Counted from the first letter of the stretch, positions 40,139-50,733 are shown. The stretch is DNA of 56,611 bases from a virus (IMGVR_UViG_3300005077_000420:1-56611); one strand, 5' to 3'. Numbers and translations: made by a program. Notes: generated by a model not told the origin, from the letters alone.

Positions 40139-42655
40139 CTAATTGCATTTACTATCACCACAATTCTTACAAATTAAACATCCATTTTCATATGATAATG
40201 TTTCTTGTTTACATATTGGACATATTTTATCTAATTTAACACCATCTTCAATATATTTTTTTAATGTTCTTTTTATGCCATTTTTCCAAGTATTAATTAA
40301 ATCACTATCTAATTTTAATGATTCAATTAAATCTACTAATTTAACTAATGGCATTTTATGACGCAATAATCCAGATATTAATTTAGCATAATTCCAATAA
40401 TTTTCATTAAATGTTCTATTCAATCCTTCAATAGTTATTTTATATCCATGTCTATCCGTATAACTAAAATCATATCTTGATTTATTATCAATTTTGACTT
40501 TTATAATTTCTCCTCTAATTACATAATTAGGAATTAATATATCTTCTGCTAATCCAGTAAAAATTTCATATGGACGATATATATTTCCACCATTTTTATA
40601 TAATCCAACAAAACTCATCCATTTTTCATTATTATTAGTAAATCTTATAACATCACACTCTAAACTCTTTGGTCTTTTAGGAGCATTATTATCTCCAAAA
40701 AATAAATTATTAGATGTATTATCTTTAGATATTAATACTCCCGATCTTGATCCATCTCTATATATAGTTATACCTTTTAATTTATTTTTCCAAGCTTCAA
40801 AATATATATCAGAAACAGTTTTTTCATCAACATCATTTTTTAAATTTATTGTACTTGAAATTGAATGAGTTACATATTTTTGACATACTGCTTGAAGTTT
40901 AATTCTTTTATTCCAATCAATATTATGTGCTTCACATCCATAATATGGAGATTTCATAATATCATCATTATTTGTTATCAATTTCCAAAGATGTAATTTT
41001 GGATGAAATACTTCAAATTCTTTCCAAGTATCACCGATATTATCTATAAAATCAATACTAATATTATCATTCTTATCTTCTATATTTATTTTTTTTCGTC
41101 TTTTGTATGTCATCATAAAAACTGGTTCTATACCTGATGTTGTTTGTGTTAAATTACTTAATGAACCAGTAGGAGCTATTGTTGATATTGATACATTTCT
41201 TCTACCAAATTTCATCATTCTATTATATAAATCAGGTAATTCTATTTTTAACATTTGAACAAATAAAGAAGAATCTTCAATTTTTGAATCAAATCCATCA
41301 AAAACTCCTCTTTCTATTCCCATATCTATTGAACTGTCAAATTCTGCTTCACATTTCAATTTCATAACAGAATCTACAATTGTTAATGCTATATCACTAT
41401 CATATTTAACATTTAATCCAGCTAACATATCTCCTAATCCAGTTATTCCTAAACCAGTTCTTCTTCCTTTTTTTCCTATGTCATATAATTTTTTCCATGT
41501 TTCAACTTCAACTGATTTAATATAATCAGGTTCAGAATCATTATAAATTTTATTAAGTATTTTTTCAATAGATTCCAATTCCAAATCAACCAAATCATCA
41601 TTTAATCTTTGTGCTTCATATACAACTGAATACCATTTATCATAATCAAATTTAGCAGATTCAGTATATGGATTATCTACAAAACTAAATAAATTAATAG
41701 CAATTAATCTACAAGAATCATTTCCCATAGCAATTTCAGCACAAGGATTTGTCGATATATTTTCATATTGTTTATATACTGATGAAGTTGAATAATTATG
41801 TTGTCTCGTCCAAAATATTAATCCTGGTTCAGCAATATCTCTTGCATTTTTTATTATTTTTTTCCATAACTCTTTAGCCATTATTTTTTTACTAATTATT
41901 GGATTAACAGAATTAGTTGGAAATTTTAATTCAAATTCCATATCATTTTCTACTGCATTCATAAATTCATCTGAAATTTTTATAGATATATTAGCACCAG
42001 TAACTTTATTTAAATCTTTTTTTATATCAATAAAATATTCAATATCTGGATGATTTATATCAATAGTAATCATCAATGCTCCACGACGATTATTTTGTGC
42101 AACTTCTCGTGTAGTATTAGAAAATCTTTCCATAAATGATACTGCACCAGTTGATGTTTTTGCGGCATTAGTTACAAGTGTTCCTACTGGTCGTAATGTA
42201 GAAATATCTAAACCTACTCCTGCTCGACGTTTCATTAATTGAACTAATTGTTGATCTGCATACATAATTCCACCATAACTATCATATAATTTTGGTAAAA
42301 CTATACAATTTGAAAGACTTCCAAAATTAAATGTATTTCCCAATTGAGACATTACACTACCTTGAGGAATTATATATTTAAAATTTTTAAATAATTGATA
42401 TATATCTTCTTCTGATAAATTTTTTCTATTTTTTCCATATTTACTATGATAACTTAAATCATATTTATTATTATATTTTGATTCTATTTTAAAAAATTGT
42501 TTTGCTAATCGTTTATGCATATCATCAGGATTTAATTCATAATATTCATTATTTATTTTTAAACAATACTTATCTATCCAAATATTTGTTGCTAATTCAT
42601 CATTATCAAAATATTTCATTGTATTATTAAAAACTTCATCTTTATTATACGTCAT
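40139..42655 (-). CDS. nrdJ: class II (B12-dependent) ribonucleotide reductase
   Basis: SNC, RRGALM, TNPCAE, APTG, SSTIN and YRDGSR; C-terminal RP..L...PYEIF domain with Zn ribbon; no beta-subunit gene nearby. Confidence 0.92.
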   Translation of the reverse strand: MTYNKDEVFNNTMKYFDNDELATNIWIDKYCLKINNEYYELNPDDMHKRLAKQFFKIESKYNNKYDLSYHSKYGKNRKNLSEEDIYQLFKNFKYIIPQGSVMSQLGNTFNFGSLSNCIVLPKLYDSYGGIMYADQQLVQLMKRRAGVGLDISTLRPVGTLVTNAAKTSTGAVSFMERFSNTTREVAQNNRRGALMITIDINHPDIEYFIDIKKDLNKVTGANISIKISDEFMNAVENDMEFELKFPTNSVNPIISKKIMAKELWKKIIKNARDIAEPGLIFWTRQHNYSTSSVYKQYENISTNPCAEIAMGNDSCRLIAINLFSFVDNPYTESAKFDYDKWYSVVYEAQRLNDDLVDLELESIEKILNKIYNDSEPDYIKSVEVETWKKLYDIGKKGRRTGLGITGLGDMLAGLNVKYDSDIALTIVDSVMKLKCEAEFDSSIDMGIERGVFDGFDSKIEDSSLFVQMLKIELPDLYNRMMKFGRRNVSISTIAPTGSLSNLTQTTSGIEPVFMMTYKRRKKINIEDKNDNISIDFIDNIGDTWKEFEVFHPKLHLWKLITNNDDIMKSPYYGCEAHNIDWNKRIKLQAVCQKYVTHSISSTINLKNDVDEKTVSDIYFEAWKNKLKGITIYRDGSRSGVLISKDNTSNNLFFGDNNAPKRPKSLECDVIRFTNNNEKWMSFVGLYKNGGNIYRPYEIFTGLAEDILIPNYVIRGEIIKVKIDNKSRYDFSYTDRHGYKITIEGLNRTFNENYWNYAKLISGLLRHKMPLVKLVDLIESLKLDSDLINTWKNGIKRTLKKYIEDGVKLDKICPICKQETLSYENGCLICKNCGDSKCN

Positions 42656-42691
42656 ATTTACCCCATTAATTAAAAATATATAAAAATAAAA

Positions 42692-42859
42692 TTATTTTTT
42701 TCCTTTTCGAATAATTAACCAATATAAATTCCATTCTGATATTTTTCGATCTGCATCTTCTGATATTTTTTTTGTTATTATATTAATCATAAATTTATGA
42801 AAAAGATACAAAACTATTATTATTATAATAATTGAAATAATTAAATAAATATAATTCAT
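42692..42859 (-). CDS. 55-aa membrane protein (not in the ORF track)
   Basis: hand-translated MNYIYLIISIIIIIIVLYLFHKFMINIITKKISEDADRKISEWNLYWLIIRKGKK*; AAGGA RBS. Confidence 0.55.
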   Translation of the reverse strand: MNYIYLIISIIIIIIVLYLFHKFMINIITKKISEDADRKISEWNLYWLIIRKGKK

Positions 42860-42872
42860 TTATAAATTCCTT

Positions 42873-43127
42873 TCATTTATCATATATTTGCCAATCGTTA
42901 TCTTTAAAAATTATATCTATATAATGATAATGATTACCTTTTTTTTCAGAACAATTACAAATAACTCCCCATTTTTTATTTGGATGATTTTTTTTATATT
43001 CAGCAGATAAAATTGCTCTTACAACACCAATTAAAGTTAATGAATTCATTGAATCAATAATAGAATTATCAATTTGTAGTTTTTCTCTTATAAAATCTTT
43101 TGATTTTTGAACTTCATTTTTATCCAT
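42873..43127 (-). CDS. hypothetical protein
   Basis: 84 aa ORF. Confidence 0.6.
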   Translation of the reverse strand: MDKNEVQKSKDFIREKLQIDNSIIDSMNSLTLIGVVRAILSAEYKKNHPNKKWGVICNCSEKKGNHYHYIDIIFKDNDWQIYDK

Positions 43128-43228
43128 ACGTTATCCATTATATTTTCTTTATTAATAAATAGTATGAATTAAAAAAAATAATTAATAAATTTTTAAATTA
43201 TTAAAAGAAATTTTATACTAAAATTATT

Positions 43229-43492
43229 TTATTTTTGAAAAAATATATTAGTTTTTCTATTCTGAATATTATTAAAATACCAGAATTTATTTTCCCATTT
43301 ATACTTTGTAAAATCTGAATAATAATATTGTACTGAATAATATTTCATTATATAATATGATTGTTTCTGTAATTCTATTCTATTATATAATTTAATATAT
43401 ATTTCATGTTCAATTTGTTCATGAGTTTTAATATTTAATTTTGATTGACACGATAATACAATAAATAAAACAATTAATATTAATTTTTTCAT
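43229..43492 (-). CDS. putative lipoprotein
   Basis: MKK, hydrophobic core and VLSC lipobox. Confidence 0.6.
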   Translation of the reverse strand: MKKLILIVLFIVLSCQSKLNIKTHEQIEHEIYIKLYNRIELQKQSYYIMKYYSVQYYYSDFTKYKWENKFWYFNNIQNRKTNIFFQK

Positions 43493-43495
43493 ATT

Positions 43496-44437
43496 TTATA
43501 TTTTTACTCCATAATAATTTTTTATGATATTTTTTACAATAGTTTGAATTTCATTATAATTTTGAATAGTTGATACTTTAATATCAGTAATAGAATTAAT
43601 TTCTTTTTCGTATTCATCTGACATATTTAAAATATCAGTTATTTTATATTTTCCCATTTTTATATCAAGTAATAATTCTTTGTCTTTTAATGGAAATTGT
43701 AAATAACCAGTTTTCAATAACTCAATTCCTTCTACCATTAATCTTATTAAATGACTTGCAAATTTACAGTCATATCCATGCTTCAATAATAATTCTTTTC
43801 TATTTGTTACTTTAGATAATCTATCTTCTATCATTTTATAAACTTTTCTGATCATAAAATGTTTCTGAAAATTTAAATCTCCACACTGAATATTATTACC
43901 TTTTAATACAAAAAATGGAAGATTTTTTGGCAATACTTCAATTAATAATTTTTGTCTATAATCTTCATCTTCCTTATTAATATTAGTAGTTAAATATTCA
44001 TAAGCATTTTCTAAAGAATAAAAATTATCACTTCGTATTATCATTTTATGTTTTTGAGAAAATGCATAAGCAAGAAATTTAGTTTTTAAACCAACATACG
44101 GAAATAAATAATTATATTTTAATAATTCCTGACCATATGTATTAGAAAAAATCAAATTATCAGTATTAACAAATAATTGTTCTATAATATTTGGATTATT
44201 ATCTATTGCTAATTTACAAAATTTTCTTAATTCATAATAAACACAATCAATGGCATCTTTTTTATTTTTTCCAAATTTATCTTTCGATTTTATAGATTCA
44301 TCAATTTGTTCTAAACGTTCAAATCCAAATAATTGATTTTCAGTTGGTAAAATTACTCCACTAAAATCTTCATCAGATGTTGGAGTATTTGTACCATATA
44401 AATGTGAGCCTATTCTTAATTTTAATATTTTTTCCAT
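43496..44437 (-). CDS. Pol-beta superfamily nucleotidyltransferase (Nuc-transf/RlaP-like)
   Basis: GSHLYGTNTPTSDED, NPNIIE and YDCKFASHLIRL; probable start MEKIL at 44437 with GGAG RBS. Confidence 0.85.
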   Translation of the reverse strand: MEKILKLRIGSHLYGTNTPTSDEDFSGVILPTENQLFGFERLEQIDESIKSKDKFGKNKKDAIDCVYYELRKFCKLAIDNNPNIIEQLFVNTDNLIFSNTYGQELLKYNYLFPYVGLKTKFLAYAFSQKHKMIIRSDNFYSLENAYEYLTTNINKEDEDYRQKLLIEVLPKNLPFFVLKGNNIQCGDLNFQKHFMIRKVYKMIEDRLSKVTNRKELLLKHGYDCKFASHLIRLMVEGIELLKTGYLQFPLKDKELLLDIKMGKYKITDILNMSDEYEKEINSITDIKVSTIQNYNEIQTIVKNIIKNYYGVKI

Positions 44438-44477
44438 AAATAACTCCATTAATATATAATATAATATAATAATTATT

Positions 44478-45866
44478 TTATGAAATATCAATTTTTTTTA
44501 ATGGTTTTTGTAATAATAATTCTAAAATTTTTTCATTTTGTTTATCATTATTTTCTTGTTTTGAATTATCAAGTTCAGTTTTAATTCTTTTTCCATCTTC
44601 ACTTTTTTCATCAAATAATTTTATAAATCCTCGACTTGCATCTATTTCTGCAGGAAATAATAATCCATCCACTCCAAATCTATTTTTAGGAATAAATATT
44701 CTTCCATGATTATGTTTTTTATCATCATTTGTGCGCTGTAAAGTCATAACAAAATCAGCAACCATAACTTTTCCGTATGATTCAGCCAATCTTCCCTCAT
44801 CAATAAATTCATCATCTAATGCCGATCTATTTGTTTGACTTGCTCCCCATATTGGAATTTGAAATTCTCCTGCTAATCCTCGTATATTATCATAAATATT
44901 ATCAACTTCAAAACGTTTTTCATATTTAGAATATACCGAATTACCATATAATAAATCTGGATAATCAACTATAATTAAATCTGGCTTAATTCCAAAATTA
45001 ATACATGAATTAACATGTGATCTTAATGTATCAATTCCGGCATTTTTAGCTGGAAAATATTTAATTACTAAATTTCCTTTTATTTTTCCAATTTGATGAA
45101 ATACTTCTGCTTGATGATCCTTTATAGTTTGTGGCAAAAAACCAGACAAATTTGCATCATAACGCAATCCCACATAATCTTCACTCAGTTCTAATGTATA
45201 ATGAATAACAGTTTTTCCATTTCTAATATTATGTGCTCCAATAGCAATTAAAATCCAACTTTTTCCTCTTCCAGATGGAGCTACTACAACACCAAATTCA
45301 CCCGATCCAAGTCCTCCATTAGTCAATGAATTAATTTGGTCCCAAGGAGTTGATAATGGATTTCGTAATGTTTCTTCAACTCTACGATTAAAATATTCTT
45401 TTTCTTTCCATACAGAACCAATATTTTTTTCTAAACCACTATTAAATGCTTTATCCATTCGTTTTTTTATATTTTCGTATTGAGCAAGTTCAAATAAATC
45501 AATACTTTCTTTTAATGCATTTTCAAGTTCTTTATTTTTACAAAAATTAAGAAATTCATCTTTTATATAATTAAGATCATTATATGAATTATAAATAACT
45601 AATAAATTATCTAAAATTAATTTTTTTAATACTATATTTTTTGAAATTTTTTGTATTTCTATTTCAAATACATTTTTAGTTGGAATACTTTTATATTTTT
45701 TATAATATTCAATAATAGTTTGAACAATCCATTGATTAGCTTCTGATTCATAAAATTTATAATCAATTATATCATAAATTCTATCAATAAATTTATTATC
45801 AGTTAATAAGCACGAAATGGTCTTTAATTGAAATATATGACCATAATCCAATAATGATTTTGACAT
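44478..45866 (-). CDS. replicative DNA helicase (DnaB/gp41-like)
   Basis: APSGRGKS, YTLEL, VDYPD, ASQTNR and KNRFG. Confidence 0.93.
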   Translation of the reverse strand: MSKSLLDYGHIFQLKTISCLLTDNKFIDRIYDIIDYKFYESEANQWIVQTIIEYYKKYKSIPTKNVFEIEIQKISKNIVLKKLILDNLLVIYNSYNDLNYIKDEFLNFCKNKELENALKESIDLFELAQYENIKKRMDKAFNSGLEKNIGSVWKEKEYFNRRVEETLRNPLSTPWDQINSLTNGGLGSGEFGVVVAPSGRGKSWILIAIGAHNIRNGKTVIHYTLELSEDYVGLRYDANLSGFLPQTIKDHQAEVFHQIGKIKGNLVIKYFPAKNAGIDTLRSHVNSCINFGIKPDLIIVDYPDLLYGNSVYSKYEKRFEVDNIYDNIRGLAGEFQIPIWGASQTNRSALDDEFIDEGRLAESYGKVMVADFVMTLQRTNDDKKHNHGRIFIPKNRFGVDGLLFPAEIDASRGFIKLFDEKSEDGKRIKTELDNSKQENNDKQNEKILELLLQKPLKKIDIS

Positions 45867-45876
45867 ATTTATTTAC

Positions 45877-46923
45877 CTATTTTTTAAATGTAAATGAATT
45901 TAAATAAGAAAAACAAGAATTTAACCACATATCTATATTAGGTAAAACATGATAAATTTTATCTTCCAAAGACAATTTTTTAAATAAAAAATTATTTAAA
46001 GAAGATATTTTTTGTTGTACTAAATTTCTAATATTACTTTGAGTAATAGCATCAATATATTCATCTATATTAATAAGTTGCATTAATTTATAATTTCTTA
46101 TTAATTCATCTCTTTTATTATATAATTTATCTGCTATTTTATTATTTTCTTTTAACATATTTAAATGTTCTAATAAAAAATCAAATGATTCAATATTATC
46201 CCCATTTAAAATTTCAATATTTTTTTGAATAGTTTTTATTCCTATACCCTTTATTCCAGGAATATTATCACTTTTATCACCATCAATTAATCTAAAATAT
46301 AAATAATTTTTTGGATTAAATTCATAATCTTCTTTAACATTATAAACATTATACAATTTTTTCTTATATGCGTTCCAAATACTAATTCTATCATTTATTA
46401 ATTGAATAAAATCTCTATCTGTTGACATAATTATAACTTGACTTTTAAATACATTATTAGACATAAATGAAATTAAATCATCAGCTTCAATATTATCATA
46501 ACTAAAATATAATATAGGCAAACAATTTAAATATTCTACTAATCTTGATAATTGATTCATTGCTTGATTATATTCTTCTTCTGGAGTAGTAAAATCATAA
46601 ATTCTATTTAAATGAGATTTTAATTTTCTATTTTCTTTATATTCACTATAAATTTTTCTTTTTCTAACACTACCACCTTTACCATCAAAAACAATAATAC
46701 ATCGTGTCGGATTTAATAACTTAATACAATAACCAAGAGATGTTAAAAAACCAGTTATACCACCAACATGAATTCCATCTAAATTCATAGAAGAATTAAT
46801 AGAAAAACTTCGTATAAAAGTATTCATTCCATCTATTATTAATACTTTATCATTAACTTCATAAACAGATTGAATACTTTTTTGTTGTTCTATTTGTTTA
46901 AATATAGTATCTAAATCTATCAT
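45877..46923 (-). CDS. 5'-3' exonuclease / flap endonuclease (T4 RNase H-like)
   Basis: IDGMN, VFDG, YKENR, EADD, STDRD and GDKSDNIPG. Confidence 0.93.
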   Translation of the reverse strand: MIDLDTIFKQIEQQKSIQSVYEVNDKVLIIDGMNTFIRSFSINSSMNLDGIHVGGITGFLTSLGYCIKLLNPTRCIIVFDGKGGSVRKRKIYSEYKENRKLKSHLNRIYDFTTPEEEYNQAMNQLSRLVEYLNCLPILYFSYDNIEADDLISFMSNNVFKSQVIIMSTDRDFIQLINDRISIWNAYKKKLYNVYNVKEDYEFNPKNYLYFRLIDGDKSDNIPGIKGIGIKTIQKNIEILNGDNIESFDFLLEHLNMLKENNKIADKLYNKRDELIRNYKLMQLINIDEYIDAITQSNIRNLVQQKISSLNNFLFKKLSLEDKIYHVLPNIDMWLNSCFSYLNSFTFKK

Positions 46924-48053
46924 TCTTCAGTATCAGTAGTTACTTCATCAACATCTAAAAATTCTTTTTCATCGCTGGCATATTTCATTATTTTTAAATC
47001 ACAAATTTTTTCATATAAATATGTTTTTAATTGTTCATTTTCAGTTAATAATTTAATCCAATCTTTTGCTTTAAATTTAATTTCATTATTATCTTGATCT
47101 AATAATTTATACCCACCTTCTGATTTAGTTACTATATCATAATCTTTAAGTATTTTAATCCAACTATCATAATCTACAATTCCACGATCAAAATAAATAT
47201 CAAATTCTGCTTTTCTAAATGGAGGTCCCATTCTATTTTTTTGAATAGACGATTGAACTTTAATTCCAATAACATCTTCTCCAGTTTCAGTTTTTATCTT
47301 TATTTTAGCAATCATAGCTAATCTAATTCTAACCGATGAATGAAATGGTAATGCTTTTCCACCACTTGTAGTATATTTTTCTCCAAACATAACTCCCATT
47401 TTTTCTCGTAATTGATTAGTAAAAACCAAAGCAACACGTTCTTTTCCAATTAATCTTGTTATTTTTCGTAATGCTTTTGATATTAAAATTGCTTTTCCTG
47501 TTGCATATCCATCCTTATCATAATCATCAAGCATTTCATCTTTCGTTGATAATGCCGCCAATGAATCAACAATAATAGTTACAAGTTTTTTTTCTTGATT
47601 TGAATTTTGAATTGTCGAAATGATACTTTCAATTGATGAAAAAACATCTTCAACAGTATCAACTTGTAAATATATCATTTTAGTTAAATCAACACCAATT
47701 GCTTTCATAAATTGTTCACTCATTGCTGTTTCAGTATCAATATATACAACAATACCATTTTTTTCCTGCGTACTTTTTGCAATATGACCTGCTAATAAAG
47801 ATTTTCCAGAAGATTCTAATCCACTTATTTCAGTTATTCTACCAACAGGAATTCCTCCATATTTTCTATTAGATATTGATAAATCTAATAATGTACTTTT
47901 AGTAGATAACCATTCTGTTACATCTGTTGGAGTTTCTTCATTTCCCATAAAATATGCAACTTTTCCACTTTCTTTAAATTTTTTATTTAAAGTTTCAGTT
48001 AATATATTTAATAAATTAACTCCATCAGTCGAAGTATTACTTTTTTTAGACAT
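46920..48053 (-). CDS. recA: RecA/UvsX-like recombinase
   Basis: GRITEISGLESSGKS, YIDTE, VDSLAAL, TNQLR and GGKALPFHSSVR; start MSKKS at 48053 with GGAGA RBS. Confidence 0.93.
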   Translation of the reverse strand: MSKKSNTSTDGVNLLNILTETLNKKFKESGKVAYFMGNEETPTDVTEWLSTKSTLLDLSISNRKYGGIPVGRITEISGLESSGKSLLAGHIAKSTQEKNGIVVYIDTETAMSEQFMKAIGVDLTKMIYLQVDTVEDVFSSIESIISTIQNSNQEKKLVTIIVDSLAALSTKDEMLDDYDKDGYATGKAILISKALRKITRLIGKERVALVFTNQLREKMGVMFGEKYTTSGGKALPFHSSVRIRLAMIAKIKIKTETGEDVIGIKVQSSIQKNRMGPPFRKAEFDIYFDRGIVDYDSWIKILKDYDIVTKSEGGYKLLDQDNNEIKFKAKDWIKLLTENEQLKTYLYEKICDLKIMKYASDEKEFLDVDEVTTDTEE

Positions 48054-48067
48054 ATTTATTTCTCCAT

Positions 48068-48103
48068 AAAAAAAGTGAATCACTTTTACATGATTCACTT
48101 TTT
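48068..48103 (-). terminator. intrinsic terminator downstream of the SSB gene
   Basis: perfect inverted repeat AAAAAGTGAATCA-8nt-TGATTCACTTTTT ending in a T7 run on the minus strand. Confidence 0.75.
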
Positions 48104-48126
48104 CAATAATATTTGATTTAAATTAT

Positions 48127-48930
48127 TTATTTTTTATTATATAATTTTTCAAATTGTGCCATTAATTCCTTTTCACTTAAATCAGATTCTACATCAAGAT
48201 CACTATCTTCATCTGATACATTAGGTACATTAGCAGAATATTGAGTTGCAATATTTTCAACATTATTTTCTGAAGGACTTTGCTTTCCTTTATTAATATG
48301 TTCTTGTAAAGCATTTTTTAATTCTTCATATGTCGGAGTTTCATAAATTTCTTTTATATCAGGTTGATTTTCAAAAATTTTATCAATAACATTCTTATCA
48401 GTAGTAATCATTGTTTTATTAGGTTTAATTTTAAAATTTGGAGTTGCAAAATCTTTTCCTTCTTCTTGAATTGCCCATACAACAATATCATTTCCATGAG
48501 TAGGATCAGATATATCTCCCCAATCTGGATCAACCATATATTGCATCAATTGACTATATACAGTTTTACCAAAACCCCAAAATTTAACTCCTTCATGTTC
48601 TTTTCCTCGAATAATAATAGGAGCATAAGTTCTCATTTTAGGTTCAAGTTTTCTACCTTTTTTCCAATCTTCTTTATCTCCTGTAGCTTTTAATGCATTT
48701 GCCACTTCCATAATAGGATCAGGTTGTCCAAATGAAACTGGAGATAAATAATTTTTACCATTAATTCCATAATGAAAATATAATTCTACAAATGGAGTAT
48801 CTGGAGAATATTTATTTGGAACAATTCTAATTGTAGTTTCAGTAGCAACTGGCTTCCATAAAAAATCAGATTTTTTTGTATTTTTTGTAAGTGAATCAAG
48901 TCTTTGTCTTAATAAATTAATATTAGCCAT
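48127..48930 (-). CDS. single-stranded DNA-binding protein (gp32-like)
   Basis: WKP...IRIVP, FHYG, FWGFGKTVY, GDISDP..G.D and an acidic C-terminal tail. Confidence 0.85.
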   Translation of the reverse strand: MANINLLRQRLDSLTKNTKKSDFLWKPVATETTIRIVPNKYSPDTPFVELYFHYGINGKNYLSPVSFGQPDPIMEVANALKATGDKEDWKKGRKLEPKMRTYAPIIIRGKEHEGVKFWGFGKTVYSQLMQYMVDPDWGDISDPTHGNDIVVWAIQEEGKDFATPNFKIKPNKTMITTDKNVIDKIFENQPDIKEIYETPTYEELKNALQEHINKGKQSPSENNVENIATQYSANVPNVSDEDSDLDVESDLSEKELMAQFEKLYNKK

Positions 48931-49024
48931 AGTAAGTCTCCTTAGTTAATTATTTAATGTTAAGTTTTAAGTATTAAAATAATAAATATTATTTTTAAAA
49001 TTAATGATTAAACAATTTAATACA

Positions 49025-49417
49025 TTAAATAGTTCCGTCATTATTAATAATTTTAAATATTTTTGTTTTTATTTTTTTAATTCCAGTATCATCTGTTATT
49101 AATAACATATTTTTATAATTATTCCAATCAATTTTATATTGATTATCTTTTTTACCATCATTCAATAAAATAATAAGTTCATTTAATGCATCAATTGTAT
49201 ATAATGTATTAGTTTCTTTATTTCTATGTAAAGAAATAGTATATTTTAATCTATTTTTATATGACTCATCATCTGATATATTATAAGTACACATCAATTG
49301 ATTTGTTAATAAATTTTTCAATACAAAAATTTTTGAAACTGAATATGTATTATTTATATCTGAAATAACTCTATTTAAATTATATTTATTTGTAAACGTA
49401 CATAATAATTGTTTCAT
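49025..49417 (-). CDS. conserved phage hypothetical protein
   Basis: QLLCTF and HRNKETNTLYTIDALN. Confidence 0.7.
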   Translation of the reverse strand: MKQLLCTFTNKYNLNRVISDINNTYSVSKIFVLKNLLTNQLMCTYNISDDESYKNRLKYTISLHRNKETNTLYTIDALNELIILLNDGKKDNQYKIDWNNYKNMLLITDDTGIKKIKTKIFKIINNDGTI

Positions 49418-50733
49418 AATATTTTCTCCTCACTCTTAATTTGTTTCATGTCATTATAATTATTACCTATATATATTTTACTTGGAAATTTATTAATTAT
49501 TTTTTTAATTTCAGTTATTATATTATCTTCAAATGAATAATCAAATAAAAATGCATCATATGTATATAATATTAATTTAGTTTTTTTATTTTTTAATATT
49601 TTAATCAAATCATGAATTATCATAAAATTTATTTCAGTTTCTAATAATTGAATAAAATAACTTAATATTTTATTAGGATTCATATTGGCATTTGTAGAAT
49701 TATATATTTTTCTAAAAGTTAATGGAGATTCAAAATACTTCTTATTTTGAAAATCATCCCATAATTTTATAGTAAAATCATTAATTTTTTTAAAAAATGG
49801 AATTTTATCTAATATATCTTCTGGAACTCCTCCATATAAATAATTAAAATTTTTAGCTTTAATTTTTTCGTATTCTATGTCAGTTAATTTAGTAGTTATT
49901 CCATAATATCTTGCTAAATATTGATGAATATTTGATGTTTCGATTTTATAATTTATTATTTTAGATAATATATTAAAATGATATGAATCATAATCAAACA
50001 TAATAAAACAATTATTTCGTGGAATAAAACTTTTTCTCGAACCATTTTTTTTATTTAATGAAGAAAAATTAATACCTCCAAAATGATTTGATGGTCTACC
50101 AGTTGATGTAAAAAAATTATATTCAGAATAAACAATATCATCAATACCAATATCAATATTATGTTTAAAAAAATTATTAAATATATCTCTATTTATTTTT
50201 ATTCCACTATTTTCAATTACATATGAATCTTTTAAAAATAATTGATATACATATAATGATGATGGAATATCTAATTTCATTATTCTAATAATTTGACTGC
50301 AATTAATTTGACACAATTCTATATGTTTTGATATTGGAATTATATCATTTATATTATCATTATCAAATTTATGATTAAAATATCGATGAATATTTAATTC
50401 TTTTTCAAAATTAACTGTTTCTCCATTTAAATATGCAAAAAGATTAGCATCTATTATATTTTCATTATTAAAATAATGATATAAATGTTTATAATTAATT
50501 GTCCATATTTCTTTTGATTTTATTTTTGCTAAATCAACATCAAATTTAAATTCTGAATGATTTTTACTTATAATATATTCTTCATTAGTTAATAAATTTT
50601 TTATATATATTATAGATATTCTATTTATACAATAATGTTTTTCAGAATAAGAAAAAATAGGAATCATAACCAATTTATCATTATTTTTTTGTAAAAATTC
50701 AATGTAATCATTATTATTAAATATAAACTTCAA
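49414..50733 (-). CDS. short family A DNA polymerase-like protein
   Basis: TGRPSN, motif A FDYDSYH, motif B KAKNFNYLYG and motif C-like YTYDAFLFD. Confidence 0.75.
   Translation of the reverse strand: MKFIFNNNDYIEFLQKNNDKLVMIPIFSYSEKHYCINRISIIYIKNLLTNEEYIISKNHSEFKFDVDLAKIKSKEIWTINYKHLYHYFNNENIIDANLFAYLNGETVNFEKELNIHRYFNHKFDNDNINDIIPISKHIELCQINCSQIIRIMKLDIPSSLYVYQLFLKDSYVIENSGIKINRDIFNNFFKHNIDIGIDDIVYSEYNFFTSTGRPSNHFGGINFSSLNKKNGSRKSFIPRNNCFIMFDYDSYHFNILSKIINYKIETSNIHQYLARYYGITTKLTDIEYEKIKAKNFNYLYGGVPEDILDKIPFFKKINDFTIKLWDDFQNKKYFESPLTFRKIYNSTNANMNPNKILSYFIQLLETEINFMIIHDLIKILKNKKTKLILYTYDAFLFDYSFEDNIITEIKKIINKFPSKIYIGNNYNDMKQIKSEEKIL

Noticed and set aside
36973-48053. Inteins or introns in polB, nrdJ, helicase or recA
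   Set aside because: Lengths are normal and motifs are continuous; no splice-junction or homing-endonuclease motifs were seen.
48054-48098. N-terminal extension MNHVKVIHFFYGEIN of RecA
   Set aside because: It runs through the terminator hairpin and the RBS; the probable start is 48053.
133-48693. All plus-strand ORFs in the track (e.g. 133-390, 7306-7563, 28194-28532, 48364-48693) and nested minus-strand ORFs 10961-11200, 16997-17185 and 29850-30041
   Set aside because: They are short shadow ORFs overlapping well-supported genes, have low-complexity F/I/L/Y composition and show no motifs.
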